A DNA stretch of 64,000 nt from Escherichia phage UE-M3. The notes below the pieces were generated by a model, which saw only the letters and a list, made by a program, of their open reading frames with translations, did not search any database and was not told where the DNA came from. Shown piece after piece: positions 30,732-41,750 of the stretch. Position numbers and translations under genes: made by a program. Each line of letters opens with the position of its first letter. The stretch's first letter is position 1. Location of the stretch: the sequence record PP301342.1; one strand, 5' to 3'.

Positions 30732-31175
30732 TTAACTACGTTTAAGGCCAGCGAACAGTGAAGGTTTCGCAGCAGGTTTCTCTGCTGGTTCTTCAGCCTT
30801 AACCTCTTCCTGCACAACTTCTTCTTGTGCTTCTGGTTCAGTTACTGCTTCTTCTTCAGGTTCCGGCGTAGAACTCTCGTTCGGACCACCAGTAGAGGTC
30901 TGGATTTCTTCTCCCTTTACCTCTTCAACCACTTCTTCTGGTTCCGGTTCTACCGGACGGTGTTTAGCTTCCTGAGGGTTCTTACGAGAACGACGTGTCT
31001 TCTTCTCTACCAAGGGCGGAGTATCATCGTTATGACTTACCTCTTCGTTAATACCAACGGAGGCTGTACCATCTGCATTGATGACAATACTAATGTCTCC
31101 AGCAAGATTGATTTGATCATCGACATAAGCCTGTACAGCAGCTTCTACTTCGGACTGGTTCAAAATGATTTGCAT
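30732..31175 (-). CDS. Acidic Pro/Glu-rich low-complexity protein
   Basis: 147 aa; C-terminal half E/P/V-rich repeats; adjacent to RuvC-like gene. Confidence 0.5.
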   Translation of the reverse strand: MQIILNQSEVEAAVQAYVDDQINLAGDISIVINADGTASVGINEEVSHNDDTPPLVEKKTRRSRKNPQEAKHRPVEPEPEEVVEEVKGEEIQTSTGGPNESSTPEPEEEAVTEPEAQEEVVQEEVKAEEPAEKPAAKPSLFAGLKRS

Positions 31176-31176
31176 A

Positions 31177-31731
31177 TTACGCCTTTATTAAATTAAGAAG
31201 GTTTTGGAAAGCTGGGAGATTTACACCAGCGTGGATTGCACCGATTGCATCTGCTAAGTGCTCATTCTTATTCAGAAGTTTACCTTTTTTATCTGTGAGC
31301 CAGTTGGCTTCTGGATAGATAGCATGGGCAGCACGAATCATCGTGTCTTTGGATGCAGTTTTATCACCGACCAGTGCAAGTTTATTTTCAATTGGGGATA
31401 CTTCAAAGATTGGACAACCCAATGCACGAAATGCACCAATTAATCCTACGCATACGCCATAGGATTTCATACCGTTAGCAGACTGAGAGCCTACTGGTAC
31501 TTCTACGAATACTGCTTTAGCAGACCGTAACCATTCTTCACAACCAAGAAACAAATCGTGAGCGGCTTGTATATCTTTGGAGTTGGTTCGAACTTGTTTG
31601 TTGTGGTCAACTTCAGTTTGAACCAGTTTAAGTTCGACCTGCTCGAAGACGCCGGACTCAATGTCCAGCATCCCACGAGCTAAACCCCAATTGCGGAGAC
31701 TAATGTCTGCACCAACAATTGGGATTTTCAT
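31177..31731 (-). CDS. RuvC-like Holliday junction resolvase (RNase H fold) candidate
   Basis: 184 aa; N-terminal MKIPIVGADIS and C-terminal ADAIGAIHAG resemble RuvC catalytic motifs. Confidence 0.45.
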   Translation of the reverse strand: MKIPIVGADISLRNWGLARGMLDIESGVFEQVELKLVQTEVDHNKQVRTNSKDIQAAHDLFLGCEEWLRSAKAVFVEVPVGSQSANGMKSYGVCVGLIGAFRALGCPIFEVSPIENKLALVGDKTASKDTMIRAAHAIYPEANWLTDKKGKLLNKNEHLADAIGAIHAGVNLPAFQNLLNLIKA

Positions 31732-32528
31732 TAACGTTTACCGAACAGTGATTTACCACCAGCAGGAGCAGTACCCGTGCCAGCACTTGGTTTAGGAGGC
31801 AAGCCACCTTTGCCATTACCACCAGCAGAACCCTTGGTCTTATCACGGGTTTTACCCTTGTTCTTTTCTAACCATGCTGCATAAAATACAGCCAGTTCTG
31901 GGGTCAGTTCTTTCTCAGCCTTCTCTGCTTCCTGAGCCTCGACGACTGTGACCAGCAGTTCCGGGTGAAACACTTTCTGAATCTCGTTTACTTCACGGGT
32001 TTCACCGGAATCAACGTAACCGTTGTCACCCTTAACCTGCTTAGATTCCAGAACCTTTTCCAGGGCGAAGGTAACAGTCTGACCAACCAGGTCTACTGGA
32101 ACCATGACAGATTTATTAACTTCTGCTTTAGCATCGAAGTCATAGACTTTAACAATCTTCTCTTCGAAGTCAGCTTCAGGCAGTTCCGTACCGGTAGCCA
32201 TCAGCATCATGTCGTTAATGACGGTGTATCCCGGCAGGAAGTATTCTTTACCGTTCTTCTCGTAAGTAGGCTTATTGCCTTTAGAATTACCAGAAGTGAA
32301 GTACACCTGTGAACGGAACTCGCCAGCATCATTACCATCAGAACCTTTCAGGTTTTCAATGATTAACTGCATCCAGTCTGCACCAGAGTCAGCTTTACCT
32401 ACGTAAGCTACTTTTACAGTACCGGTGTAGATATCTGACTCCTTTGCACCGAAGCCACCACCACCAAGGGAGTCTTTTACAGCTTCAACGTTTTTGGTTT
32501 TTTCTTTCAAGTTACTGAACAGTGACAT
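31731..32528 (-). CDS. Single-stranded DNA-binding protein (N4 gp45-like by size and position)
   Basis: 265 aa (N4 SSB recalled as 265 aa); Gly-rich basic C-terminal tail; sits in replication module. Confidence 0.5.
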   Translation of the reverse strand: MSLFSNLKEKTKNVEAVKDSLGGGGFGAKESDIYTGTVKVAYVGKADSGADWMQLIIENLKGSDGNDAGEFRSQVYFTSGNSKGNKPTYEKNGKEYFLPGYTVINDMMLMATGTELPEADFEEKIVKVYDFDAKAEVNKSVMVPVDLVGQTVTFALEKVLESKQVKGDNGYVDSGETREVNEIQKVFHPELLVTVVEAQEAEKAEKELTPELAVFYAAWLEKNKGKTRDKTKGSAGGNGKGGLPPKPSAGTGTAPAGGKSLFGKR

Positions 32529-32568
32529 AATATTTTTCCTAATAAGTGATTAACAACCAGGCAAACGC

Positions 32569-33321
32569 TTAAGCGTAGTATTCAGCCAGATGGTCTAAGA
32601 GTTTCTGGGCATCATTATCAATGTAAGTCTCAGACTTATCGAACATACCCATTGGGGAACGTAGACGTTTACCAACAGACTTCTTGGTTGGGCGAGTCTG
32701 GAATACGTGCTTATAACCTAAGTCACGTTCTTCTTCGGTAATTTCAAGCATCTTGTTGCCATACTTCTCCAGCTCTTTAATGTCTACACGCTCTGCGTAA
32801 ACCACTGTAGAGAAGTAAGCCTCAAGACCATTGTTCTTCAGAGAACCTTTCACTGGGATGAATGTTTTAATCACACCAGCAGCTTCGTCGAGTTCATCTT
32901 TGGCATGGGCAGTAATAATTACTGGCTTACCAAATTTAACAACTTTCTGTTGCAGCAGTATTTTAAAGAACTGTGCAAAATCTCCCCATGCCTTCTGAGT
33001 ATTAGCAGATGGCAGTACATACTGAGATTCCAGCATATCCATCATGAAGGTAGCAGAGTCGATAATGATTCCATCAACATCGTCTGCCATTTCACCACCT
33101 GGGGATGCAACATCAAATGCTTCCCAAATCTGATATGGGTCTTCAATGTTGTAGGTATTGAATTTGTTACGGAAGGGTAGACGTTTGCCCGCTTCAGTAT
33201 TCAGATATAGCCAGCGTTCCTGGTTCCTGATGTTACGCAGTGATGCTGATTTACCACTCGCTGAGAATCCTGCAATCAGGATTAGCTGAGTGTTCATATC
33301 ATTGGAGATTTCTTCGGACAT
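32569..33321 (-). CDS. P-loop ATPase, AAA_24/Sak4-like RecA-fold
   Basis: Walker A GFSASGKSASL and Walker B-like IIIDSATF. Confidence 0.5.
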   Translation of the reverse strand: MSEEISNDMNTQLILIAGFSASGKSASLRNIRNQERWLYLNTEAGKRLPFRNKFNTYNIEDPYQIWEAFDVASPGGEMADDVDGIIIDSATFMMDMLESQYVLPSANTQKAWGDFAQFFKILLQQKVVKFGKPVIITAHAKDELDEAAGVIKTFIPVKGSLKNNGLEAYFSTVVYAERVDIKELEKYGNKMLEITEEERDLGYKHVFQTRPTKKSVGKRLRSPMGMFDKSETYIDNDAQKLLDHLAEYYA

Positions 33322-33377
33322 TATTTTTCCTCGTTTAATTTAGGAGTCCTTCAAACCAAAGAAAGACTCCTGTTTAC

Positions 33378-35531
33378 TTATTTGCCAGCGTAGCGTTTAG
33401 CCACGGTGACCATTACGGTTGCATTCAATTCATCATCTGGTAATGGATTAGCCAGTTTCTTATTGAATGTGTGGACGGCTTGCTGTACTTGAGCAAAGTC
33501 CCAACCACTGTCAACCAATGCCAGTGCGTACTTAATCATTTGATTATTACGATTACCGGAGGCAATACGACTAGCGAACCAACGCTCCAGATTATCCAAC
33601 GACTGTACTTCCTTCATCTGGTTCTGGAACTGCTCGTTCTTACTAGTACGAGGAATAAAGTCACGCACATCTAACAGATTCGCATCAAGATTGTAATGAT
33701 AGGAACCAGTCTCACAGGACATCCACTTCTTGGCTCGTTGGTTAGCAGACTCATCTGTTTCAAATGGTAGCCAAGCCATAACGTTATTCATGAACTCTTT
33801 GTATTCCTCAGTGTCGAGGTGTAACTCATAGTTCATTGGAATAATCAGACGGAAGCGGTTCTCTTCATCAGTATGACGCTTGGTGGTATAGGTCATGAAC
33901 TTATATTCCTTCATTAGTTCATGGCACGTATGCAGGGGTACTCCACCATCACAGTCAATAACAATCATGTTAAATCCTGGGATAACATTTTCTTCAGAAC
34001 GATGCCCATTCTTCATGTGATGGTTTACCCAGTGCATACCGGGAGCTTGGGTTAATACATGCAACTGGTCGAACGGTACACGTTCACCAATGTAGTCATA
34101 AGCAAAGCTATCACTATACGCCACAATCATCTCATTGATGTCTGTCTCTTTAAGAGTTTCACCACGGAAGAACTCAATACCTTCATTGAAGGTCTTCTTA
34201 ATGATGATGTGCTGCTTGTAACCCCATGCTGTAGCAAGAGTCATCATCTCATTACGAGCTGCATTACCACTCTTATAGAATGGTAAAGACTCCACCAAAT
34301 CAGCATGGGTTACTTCTTTACCTACAGAAGCAATGTACTTAGCCAGCTTCACATAAGCCTTCTCACGATTGAGGATTGTCTGAAATGCTGCTCCAGATTC
34401 TTCTACAAGCAGAATTGCTTGTTTAAGGTGGGTCATCTCAATGAATGAACTTTGGTCAACAAACGCCAGTGCACCTGCCAGCTTAAGTGCTTTGAAATAA
34501 CGGTGAGAAATTTCAGCTTTACGAATATCTTCATGGTCAGCCATAGCTTCTGCTTGCTTCTCACAATCAATTTTGTAAGCAATCAGAGCAATACCCACGG
34601 CATCTTCTACAACCATCTTAAAACCAAACAGGTTTGGGTCAGCCAGACTATGGAAATGGTTAGCCCACTTACCAAGAGTCTGTACGTTATCTTGTTTAAT
34701 CAGGTTACGGTAGATTTCTTCCGGGGTTAGTGTTGCATGTGCTCTCTTGTCTAAGTGACCAGTAGCAAACAGACAGCGACGTGCATACCCTATATCGAGA
34801 AAGCCATAGAACTGGTCTTCAGTCTGACCACCATCCAGCAGCTTACTCGGAGTACCGAACAGCAGCAGGTTAGTTGGAGTTTTTCCATCCAATTCTTCAC
34901 CACGAACGCTTTCAGCAGTATTCTTGGTTAGCTTCTGTTTTACTTTTCCCTGGTCATATAACTCCAGGAATAGGGTTAGTACATCCATGTTAGCCAACAG
35001 GTTCGAACCAATTTCATCAATCTGAAGATTGATTGAACCACACCCAGCCATTAACAGCTTATGCCGTAGCTGTTTAACTGCTGGTGGAGTACCAGAGTCA
35101 AACGTAAACGGATATGCCCCGGCACGTTTATACTCTGCTTCAACTTTATCAAACTCTTCCTGCTGGTCAGTACCCTGACGAGCAGAACGTTCGTTAGCAA
35201 TCTTCCATAGACGATCATTTGCAATGACGGGCATGGTGTCTTCCATAAAGCGTTTACGGAAGCCAGACATGAACCCGTCTTCAATGATATTTACTGAGTG
35301 ACCTTTACCGAAACCAGATGTAGCCAACGCTATAGCGTAGATGTTTACCGGCAGGTCACCACGGTCTTTAGTTACAATGGTTGCACCCATGCAGGATGCC
35401 ATTTTAGCCAAGAAGTAGGCTACTTCGACACGGAAGAATCCCCGGTCATTATTCTGGGTTTTATTGCAGAGCACATCTACGATTTCTTCAATCGCCTGAT
35501 GATGCACTACTCCGGTAAGGTCAATACTCAT
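33378..35531 (-). CDS. Primase/helicase-like replication protein
   Basis: ORF track start 35588 is TTG; ATG 35531 overlaps upstream stop (ATGA); P-loop-like GFGKGHS; C-terminal primase-C-like region; N4 gp43-like position. Confidence 0.5.
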   Translation of the reverse strand: MSIDLTGVVHHQAIEEIVDVLCNKTQNNDRGFFRVEVAYFLAKMASCMGATIVTKDRGDLPVNIYAIALATSGFGKGHSVNIIEDGFMSGFRKRFMEDTMPVIANDRLWKIANERSARQGTDQQEEFDKVEAEYKRAGAYPFTFDSGTPPAVKQLRHKLLMAGCGSINLQIDEIGSNLLANMDVLTLFLELYDQGKVKQKLTKNTAESVRGEELDGKTPTNLLLFGTPSKLLDGGQTEDQFYGFLDIGYARRCLFATGHLDKRAHATLTPEEIYRNLIKQDNVQTLGKWANHFHSLADPNLFGFKMVVEDAVGIALIAYKIDCEKQAEAMADHEDIRKAEISHRYFKALKLAGALAFVDQSSFIEMTHLKQAILLVEESGAAFQTILNREKAYVKLAKYIASVGKEVTHADLVESLPFYKSGNAARNEMMTLATAWGYKQHIIIKKTFNEGIEFFRGETLKETDINEMIVAYSDSFAYDYIGERVPFDQLHVLTQAPGMHWVNHHMKNGHRSEENVIPGFNMIVIDCDGGVPLHTCHELMKEYKFMTYTTKRHTDEENRFRLIIPMNYELHLDTEEYKEFMNNVMAWLPFETDESANQRAKKWMSCETGSYHYNLDANLLDVRDFIPRTSKNEQFQNQMKEVQSLDNLERWFASRIASGNRNNQMIKYALALVDSGWDFAQVQQAVHTFNKKLANPLPDDELNATVMVTVAKRYAGK

Positions 35532-36508
35532 GATGGAAAATATCTCTCTCTTTGTTTGCAAATGGATGCGACAGGGCAGTATAAACAACGCTTAACCTGC
35601 CCCTCCACGACCTTGATAGCACCCTTGCCACCTTTTTCAGCCATGAAGATACGAGCAGATGCCATATCGTCAAAGTTTTTGGTACTTCTGGCTCCAGGCA
35701 TATCTACCTTAGAAGCATCAGAGAAGTATTTGAACTGTGGCTCTGTTCGCCACAACTCCTCGTCAGTACATTCAGGAATTTCCTCTTCAGGAGCATCCCA
35801 GTACTTTTCGATGAGATGTATCTTCTCTTCTACCCAACGTTCAGTCTTATCGACAGATAACAACGGAATATCCTTATGCATAATACGATTAGCAGGATAG
35901 TTCGGATTGCTATTAGCCATGTGTTTCATGAAGTCAGTGAAGATGTAGTTAATACGGATTACATCCTCGGTAATGATGTCGTTGTGAATCCAACGGTACA
36001 AGCTACCTTGCATCTTGTGTTCATCATCACGGGAACCAGCAACCCAGGAATAGGTTGAGGTAGACTTAAAGTCTTGCAATAGACCTTCTGTTACGATGTC
36101 GAACTTACCCCCGATAGTCCAACCCTTAACTACCCTGGTTCCACGTTGTTCAATGTAGATTGGGATAAGGTCAGGGTTAGCATCAAAGTCTGCTTTGGTT
36201 GGGTTAATGACTACTGCATCAATTACTCGCTGAGGATAGCCCAGCTTCTTCAATGCAGTCTTATGACCCAGCTTCCAGGCTTTCTCAATAGAATCGTGTA
36301 AGCCAGTACCCATTGATGTGGAGACAAAATCCATAACATCAATTGACTGGTCACTGAGGTCTACACGATGCTTCATGACGATTTGCTTAAGTGGCTTAAG
36401 CAGTGTGGTTACAGACAGATACTTAGGATTGTCTACATAATCATACTCGTCATGTAATAGCCATACAGCCAGGGCCAGCGAGACATCATGGTTGTTGGTT
36501 ATCTTCAT
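35528..36508 (-). CDS. Nuclease-like protein with C-terminal Cys cluster (PD-(D/E)xK / Cas4-RecB-like?)
   Basis: 326 aa; C-terminal CLYCPVASIC; replication-module context. Confidence 0.4.
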   Translation of the reverse strand: MKITNNHDVSLALAVWLLHDEYDYVDNPKYLSVTTLLKPLKQIVMKHRVDLSDQSIDVMDFVSTSMGTGLHDSIEKAWKLGHKTALKKLGYPQRVIDAVVINPTKADFDANPDLIPIYIEQRGTRVVKGWTIGGKFDIVTEGLLQDFKSTSTYSWVAGSRDDEHKMQGSLYRWIHNDIITEDVIRINYIFTDFMKHMANSNPNYPANRIMHKDIPLLSVDKTERWVEEKIHLIEKYWDAPEEEIPECTDEELWRTEPQFKYFSDASKVDMPGARSTKNFDDMASARIFMAEKGGKGAIKVVEGQVKRCLYCPVASICKQRERYFPS

Positions 36509-36975
36509 CAGTAAGTAATCCTGTATCTATGCACCTGGTTCCAACGAATACTCTCTACCTCATCGAAGCTATAGCTGACTATGTTATCTAGTTCACCTTT
36601 GTACGCTACCTCAATGAACTGAAAGTTCACTGTTAGATAAGGCTTTCCATTCCCCGGGTAATGCCAGCATCTCCCAGTAGCAGTGATATCTGTGGCAGGT
36701 AATTCATCTACTAACTTCTCTTTAGTAAGAATACGATTAGCGTAATGAACCAATTTCTCACAGTCATAAACTGAAGTGTTTCCAGGTTTACCATTACCCA
36801 TACGGGCAGCAGCATTTCGCCATAGAGCTTTAAAGGCACAACCTTCATCGAAGGTCATGCCCAGCGCTTGGATAATATCCTCACACTCTGCTTGGTATGG
36901 CTCTTGCTCTTTCCGTTGGGGATTCTTAATTGTAACTACATAGTAGTTATTAAGACCACCGGAGAGCTTAGTCAT
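36508..36975 (-). CDS. Hypothetical protein
   Basis: 155-aa ORF tightly packed in operon. Confidence 0.5.
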   Translation of the reverse strand: MTKLSGGLNNYYVVTIKNPQRKEQEPYQAECEDIIQALGMTFDEGCAFKALWRNAAARMGNGKPGNTSVYDCEKLVHYANRILTKEKLVDELPATDITATGRCWHYPGNGKPYLTVNFQFIEVAYKGELDNIVSYSFDEVESIRWNQVHRYRITY

Positions 36976-37280
36976 TATTCCCCCTTGGGAATCATGTTTG
37001 CCTGGAACTCTGGTTCAGACATCAGGCCCAGGTTGTTAATAGATAGATAAACAATATCTTTCAAATCAACTGAGGTATCGAAACGCTGATCCAGACTAAT
37101 CTTCAGTGAGTGATTGGCACGAGCCAAATCTTTATAGGTCACATGAGGTTCGTCAGTGAGCAGCATTGTGTTCATGGTAAGCAGGGAGCCATCATCAGCT
37201 TTAGGAAGCTGGAAGATTACCTGTGCTGCCACCATCCAATGATACTTTTTGACTACAGTTTCTTTAGTACTTTTGGTCAT
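36975..37280 (-). CDS. Hypothetical protein
   Basis: 101-aa ORF, start overlaps DNA polymerase stop. Confidence 0.45.
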   Translation of the reverse strand: MTKSTKETVVKKYHWMVAAQVIFQLPKADDGSLLTMNTMLLTDEPHVTYKDLARANHSLKISLDQRFDTSVDLKDIVYLSINNLGLMSEPEFQANMIPKGE

Positions 37281-39856
37281 GCGAATGCCTTTTGAATTAT
37301 TTGATGAACTTCTTCTGGGGTAGCGTGATTTGGAATTTCAATCTCGTTAGCCCACGTTGGGTAAAACAAGGATAGTTCCCCACCCAAACCAACTTCTGGA
37401 TGAGCAATATCAGGATGATCCTGCCAGTTAACGGCTTCAACCAAGTGCTTGTTCGTATACTGCAAGGTGTCCATGTTATCGCGAATCATGAAGTATTGGG
37501 CATCATGAATGTGAATACAAGGGCGTATATCTAACCTGAACTCACTGGTTCTGACTTTACGCATAAACTCTGAGCCAGCACGGTTATTCAGTAGACACCA
37601 GCTTTGACCTAATGCGTTACCAGCAGTTCTGCCTTCTGCTTCTGCTTCATATGGAGTCTTACATGTCCCACGTAATACCTGAGCCAGTAAAGGAGTACGC
37701 ACTCTCAAACCAAATGCAGCAGTTACATAACCAGTCTTAGCAGCTTCATCTAGCTTAGCCTGAACCCACATATCACTAACTACATAGAGATCGTGATAAC
37801 GTTTCTCTGTAGTCTTAGCCTTCTCTTCGGAGAAGCCACAGTTTTTCATTAAGCCCATATAAGTACCACCATAGGTAAGTAAGAAGGTTGGAGCCTTCGA
37901 GTCACTACGCAATGATTTGTACTTATGCTGAATGGAGTTAATGGATTCTACTGTGTCTTCAATGTCTGGCATCTGCTCACCAAAATAAGCATATGCGCGA
38001 AGACTATGACCGTCATAACCATCGGTATATACCTTAAGCTTCTGTGGGTCTTTAGTCGTCAGTGCAGAGATTCTGTCTTCCAGCGAGGCGAAATCCAAGC
38101 CGCAAAATATCCAGCCTGGAGGAGCTTCGAAGCATTTCTTAATCTTCTTGGCATATTTAGAGCCGGATGGAATTGTTTGTAGATTTGGCTCTGAAGCCGA
38201 TAACCTACCGGAGACTGTGCCTCCCAGATTGAGGTTACCGAACAGGTAGTGCCAGCCATCTGGTCCCGGTTGGGCATTCCTGAAAGCTGGTATAAAGCTA
38301 GTGATAATCTTATCCACGAGCTTATAGTCGATAAGTGCATTGAGCAGTTCCTTAACATCTTCACTCTGCGTATGTGTACGCAGTGCTTTAATAGTGTCAC
38401 CGTCAGTAGCAGGTTGCTTGCTCTTAGTAAGACCAAGAACCGGTAAGCCGATATAATCAAATAACAACTTCTGTAGTTGTGGACCAGAGTTAGGATTAAA
38501 CTCGATGTCACAATCAGCCAGTGTTACCTGTTTCTTTTTCAACTTAGCATTCTTATCGTCTACCCATTCCTGACGAAGCATCAGGGTAAAGTTCTTCATG
38601 AGGTTAGACTCACGAATAGTTTTCAGAGCCTGGTTCCTGTCAGTTTCCATTTCTTCAGCTACTTGGTTAACGGTTTCCATATTCATGGGCATACCGGTTA
38701 ACTGCATCTGAATAATGTCTTCACAGGCTGGTTTAAAGATGTTGTTGTAAACATCTAGTTGGTCATCGGCAATGAGAGTATCCCAGTGCTTCTCATAAGT
38801 GTACCAAGTACACAATCCATCAATGAGGTTGTAGCGTAGCAATTGCTCATTGGGTATAAGACGTATGTCTTTAATATCATCCTGAGCATAGTTACCAGCA
38901 TATTCCTGAGCCTGGTCTTTCAGACTAAGGTGATTACCAGCACAACTGTTAGTAGCCAAGTAGGTAATTAACTTAGTACAGTCCCAATTGCGTAGCATGA
39001 TCTCCATGCCGTGCAGTAAGCCTTCCGTATCAATCAGGTTATCCATGAACAGCTGATAGATAAGTATGTACACGTCATAGCTAATGTTGTGATACATCTG
39101 CCGTTGGGTGTACTTAATGAAGAACTCACGCAGAAGGTTTCGAACAATATCATTACGGTTGATACGCCCGTATGGTGCTTCTGTAGCCCCAGGAATTGGC
39201 TCGTAGTCCACATTAAAGGCTATGCCTTGTGTCTTACTCCAACAGAATGTAATTGTTCCTATACCAGCGTTATAATGCTTTAAACCGAATGCTTCGATGT
39301 CTATAGCCAAAGGCTTATTCATCTCAAGCAACTGGTCTAACCAGGCTTTAATCTTCTCAGGAGTATCTGGATAGGCTTCAAACTCAATGATTCCCTGACC
39401 TGGTTCAGCATACTGCCCACGTATATGGTTGAGTAATGCATCCATACCCTGAGCAATCTTGGATTTCACTACAGGTGGGTCATAAAATACCTGCCTGTAG
39501 CTAGGCGTATAGATAACCTTCTGCTTACCCCATACTGAGTCACAAACATAGCCGAGGTTAGCCTCTGCTTTAGCTTCCTTAGTCAGTATTTTAAAGTAGT
39601 CAGAATCGGTACAGATAATGTATTGAGTTTCCGCATCATCCAGTACTTGTTGCAGTTCCTGCTGTATGAACTCCTTAATCTCCCTTGCAGGAGTCTTCTT
39701 CTTGCCTGGAGCAGAATGAAGTTCAATGAAGATGAAGTCTTCCATGCTTAGGTCATAAGGCAGCAGGTAGGTTTTAATCATCTCCTCCCTTCGGATTTGA
39801 TGACCGAGGATAGCAATAGGATACTTACCAGTATCCTGAGAGGTGATGTAACGCAT
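37277..39856 (-). CDS. DNA polymerase, family A, with 3-prime-5-prime exonuclease domain
   Basis: 859 aa; Exo I LAIDIEAFG; motif A LDFASLEDRISA; motif B KAPTFLLTYGGT; motif C IHIHDAQYF. Confidence 0.9.
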   Translation of the reverse strand: MRYITSQDTGKYPIAILGHQIRREEMIKTYLLPYDLSMEDFIFIELHSAPGKKKTPAREIKEFIQQELQQVLDDAETQYIICTDSDYFKILTKEAKAEANLGYVCDSVWGKQKVIYTPSYRQVFYDPPVVKSKIAQGMDALLNHIRGQYAEPGQGIIEFEAYPDTPEKIKAWLDQLLEMNKPLAIDIEAFGLKHYNAGIGTITFCWSKTQGIAFNVDYEPIPGATEAPYGRINRNDIVRNLLREFFIKYTQRQMYHNISYDVYILIYQLFMDNLIDTEGLLHGMEIMLRNWDCTKLITYLATNSCAGNHLSLKDQAQEYAGNYAQDDIKDIRLIPNEQLLRYNLIDGLCTWYTYEKHWDTLIADDQLDVYNNIFKPACEDIIQMQLTGMPMNMETVNQVAEEMETDRNQALKTIRESNLMKNFTLMLRQEWVDDKNAKLKKKQVTLADCDIEFNPNSGPQLQKLLFDYIGLPVLGLTKSKQPATDGDTIKALRTHTQSEDVKELLNALIDYKLVDKIITSFIPAFRNAQPGPDGWHYLFGNLNLGGTVSGRLSASEPNLQTIPSGSKYAKKIKKCFEAPPGWIFCGLDFASLEDRISALTTKDPQKLKVYTDGYDGHSLRAYAYFGEQMPDIEDTVESINSIQHKYKSLRSDSKAPTFLLTYGGTYMGLMKNCGFSEEKAKTTEKRYHDLYVVSDMWVQAKLDEAAKTGYVTAAFGLRVRTPLLAQVLRGTCKTPYEAEAEGRTAGNALGQSWCLLNNRAGSEFMRKVRTSEFRLDIRPCIHIHDAQYFMIRDNMDTLQYTNKHLVEAVNWQDHPDIAHPEVGLGGELSLFYPTWANEIEIPNHATPEEVHQIIQKAFA

Positions 39857-39865
39857 AGCTTTACC

Positions 39866-40396
39866 TTAGAAAATCAGATGGGAAGCTGCATAGTACTCAA
39901 TAGAAGGCAGAATCTTCTCATACTGCTTAATTGCCATAGCATCACCAGCAAGTGTCCAGGCTGCTTCACGAATACGTGGCAGTTCCTTGTACTTACCAGT
40001 CTGGTCTTGGGCTACCAGACACTCAGGTAAAGCATCACGTACATCCTGATAGGACATACAACCACGAACCAGACGATATACAGTCTGGTTCACAAGGTGT
40101 ACTTCCATAATCAAACGACTGGAGGCTTTCAGATACTTGTCCATTGCAGGCCATAGTTCTGGATTAAGAGTTAGCCGCTCACCGTAGGTGGGAGGTCTGG
40201 TAGCATTAGAACGCTGATAGAACTCTCCCTGGTGAAGGAATCCAGCCGATACATCTACACCGTTAATACGGTCATTCTTATCAATAATACTGTTTAACAC
40301 ACCATCAAGACGAACCAGTTCTGCTAAGAACAGATGCTTGACTATCTCGCTACTATTGGCAACCTGACCAATAGTCGCTGAACCAATCTGAGGCAT
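39866..40396 (-). CDS. Hypothetical protein
   Basis: 176-aa ORF between polymerase and helicase genes. Confidence 0.5.
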   Translation of the reverse strand: MPQIGSATIGQVANSSEIVKHLFLAELVRLDGVLNSIIDKNDRINGVDVSAGFLHQGEFYQRSNATRPPTYGERLTLNPELWPAMDKYLKASSRLIMEVHLVNQTVYRLVRGCMSYQDVRDALPECLVAQDQTGKYKELPRIREAAWTLAGDAMAIKQYEKILPSIEYYAASHLIF

Positions 40397-40406
40397 ATAT
40401 CCTCCC

Positions 40407-41717
40407 TTAGAAAGTTAGACCACCGTACTTACTGGCAAGATTGCCATAGAACACTACTCGCTTACGGGCACGAGACACAGCGACGTAAAGCAGACGGGCA
40501 ACCATATCTGGTTGGCGACAGCTTGAGAGGTCATTTGCATCAATGAAGATTGTGTCGTAAGTAGAGCCTTGTGATTTATGGACAGTACATGCATGAGTAG
40601 CACGCAGGTCTGGAATGGTTTCTTTAAGACGGAAGTAAGGTTCCCAGTTCTTCTCCTTACCTAACCACTTAACCAAACGGTTGAAGTAGTCTGGGTCAGT
40701 AGGTACTGGAACTTCACTTACAATGCCACCATAGCCTAGGTCAAGAGTACTATCACGAACTTCCAGTTCCAGGTCACCTGTAACCTTAATCATGCGAGTA
40801 CTACTATCCTGGTCAATGAGTTTTACGTCCTGTTCAATAGATAAACGATTATCCACACCCAAGCGAACAGCAGAGTTAGAAACTAACTGTTCACCGATGG
40901 AGTATTCACCCACATAACCGTTAGCTTCACGAATGTAGTTATTGTAATTAATAACCTGGTCATTTGTGTAAGCAACAATACGGCTGTTGGTAGGTTGAGT
41001 GAAGTGACTGAGAACCAATTTCTCCATCTCTTCCTCCTGTACCCAGTCAATGATACCTGGGATACATTTAATTGGCAGGAAGCCTGTCTTACCTTCCACC
41101 GTATCACGCAATTGCTGGTGCAATACTTTAAGTTCCGGTGCATCAGTACGCATCTGTTCAGTCAGATAGTGTGTTGGGATATTACCTGCGTATACCGGAG
41201 ACTTATTCTCTTTAACAGGCAAAAGCTGAGAAGCATCACCTACAAATACCAGTTTGCACTGGTGAGTACCTTCACGAGCATACTTAAGTAACTGACGGTC
41301 AATCATGGATGCTTCGTCTACGAAGATGATTTTGTTCTTCTTAATATTGAATGATTTAGATGGTACGACATTAGCCTCGCCAGTCTTAAAATCATTCTTA
41401 ACAATCAGACCCTGGAAGGAGTGATAGGTAGATGTTGGACGTCCTGTAGCTTGAGCCAGAACTTCAGCAGCTTTGTTCGTGGTCGCAGTCATGACGACTT
41501 CGTTATACAGGGGCTTGGTTCCCATGAGAGAACAAGTTTCCATGTATGCAGGCATAGTGTCATCAATGAGGTGCGACATCAGGAATGTCTTACCAGTACC
41601 ACCTGGGCCTGAAATTCCAAATTCGGTAGCATTAGGGTCGAGCAGGAAGTCGAAGAACTCCTTCGCAACCGCTTCTTGCCCCTTGTTCAGTGGGGCTTTG
41701 GTAGGTTTGGAAAACAT
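40407..41717 (-). CDS. SF1 DNA helicase (Dda/RecD-like)
   Basis: Walker A GPGGTGKTF; Walker B FVDEASM; C-terminal TVHKSQGSTYDTIFI motif. Confidence 0.85.
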   Translation of the reverse strand: MFSKPTKAPLNKGQEAVAKEFFDFLLDPNATEFGISGPGGTGKTFLMSHLIDDTMPAYMETCSLMGTKPLYNEVVMTATTNKAAEVLAQATGRPTSTYHSFQGLIVKNDFKTGEANVVPSKSFNIKKNKIIFVDEASMIDRQLLKYAREGTHQCKLVFVGDASQLLPVKENKSPVYAGNIPTHYLTEQMRTDAPELKVLHQQLRDTVEGKTGFLPIKCIPGIIDWVQEEEMEKLVLSHFTQPTNSRIVAYTNDQVINYNNYIREANGYVGEYSIGEQLVSNSAVRLGVDNRLSIEQDVKLIDQDSSTRMIKVTGDLELEVRDSTLDLGYGGIVSEVPVPTDPDYFNRLVKWLGKEKNWEPYFRLKETIPDLRATHACTVHKSQGSTYDTIFIDANDLSSCRQPDMVARLLYVAVSRARKRVVFYGNLASKYGGLTF

Positions 41718-41750
41718 TAAAATCTCCAGTAAAAAACCCTCCGTAGAGGG

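Noticed and set aside
30512-30817. ORFs 30512..30718 (+) and 30590..30817 (-)
   Set aside because: Mutually overlapping, the latter also overlapping the 3-prime end of gene 30732..31175; no start signals.
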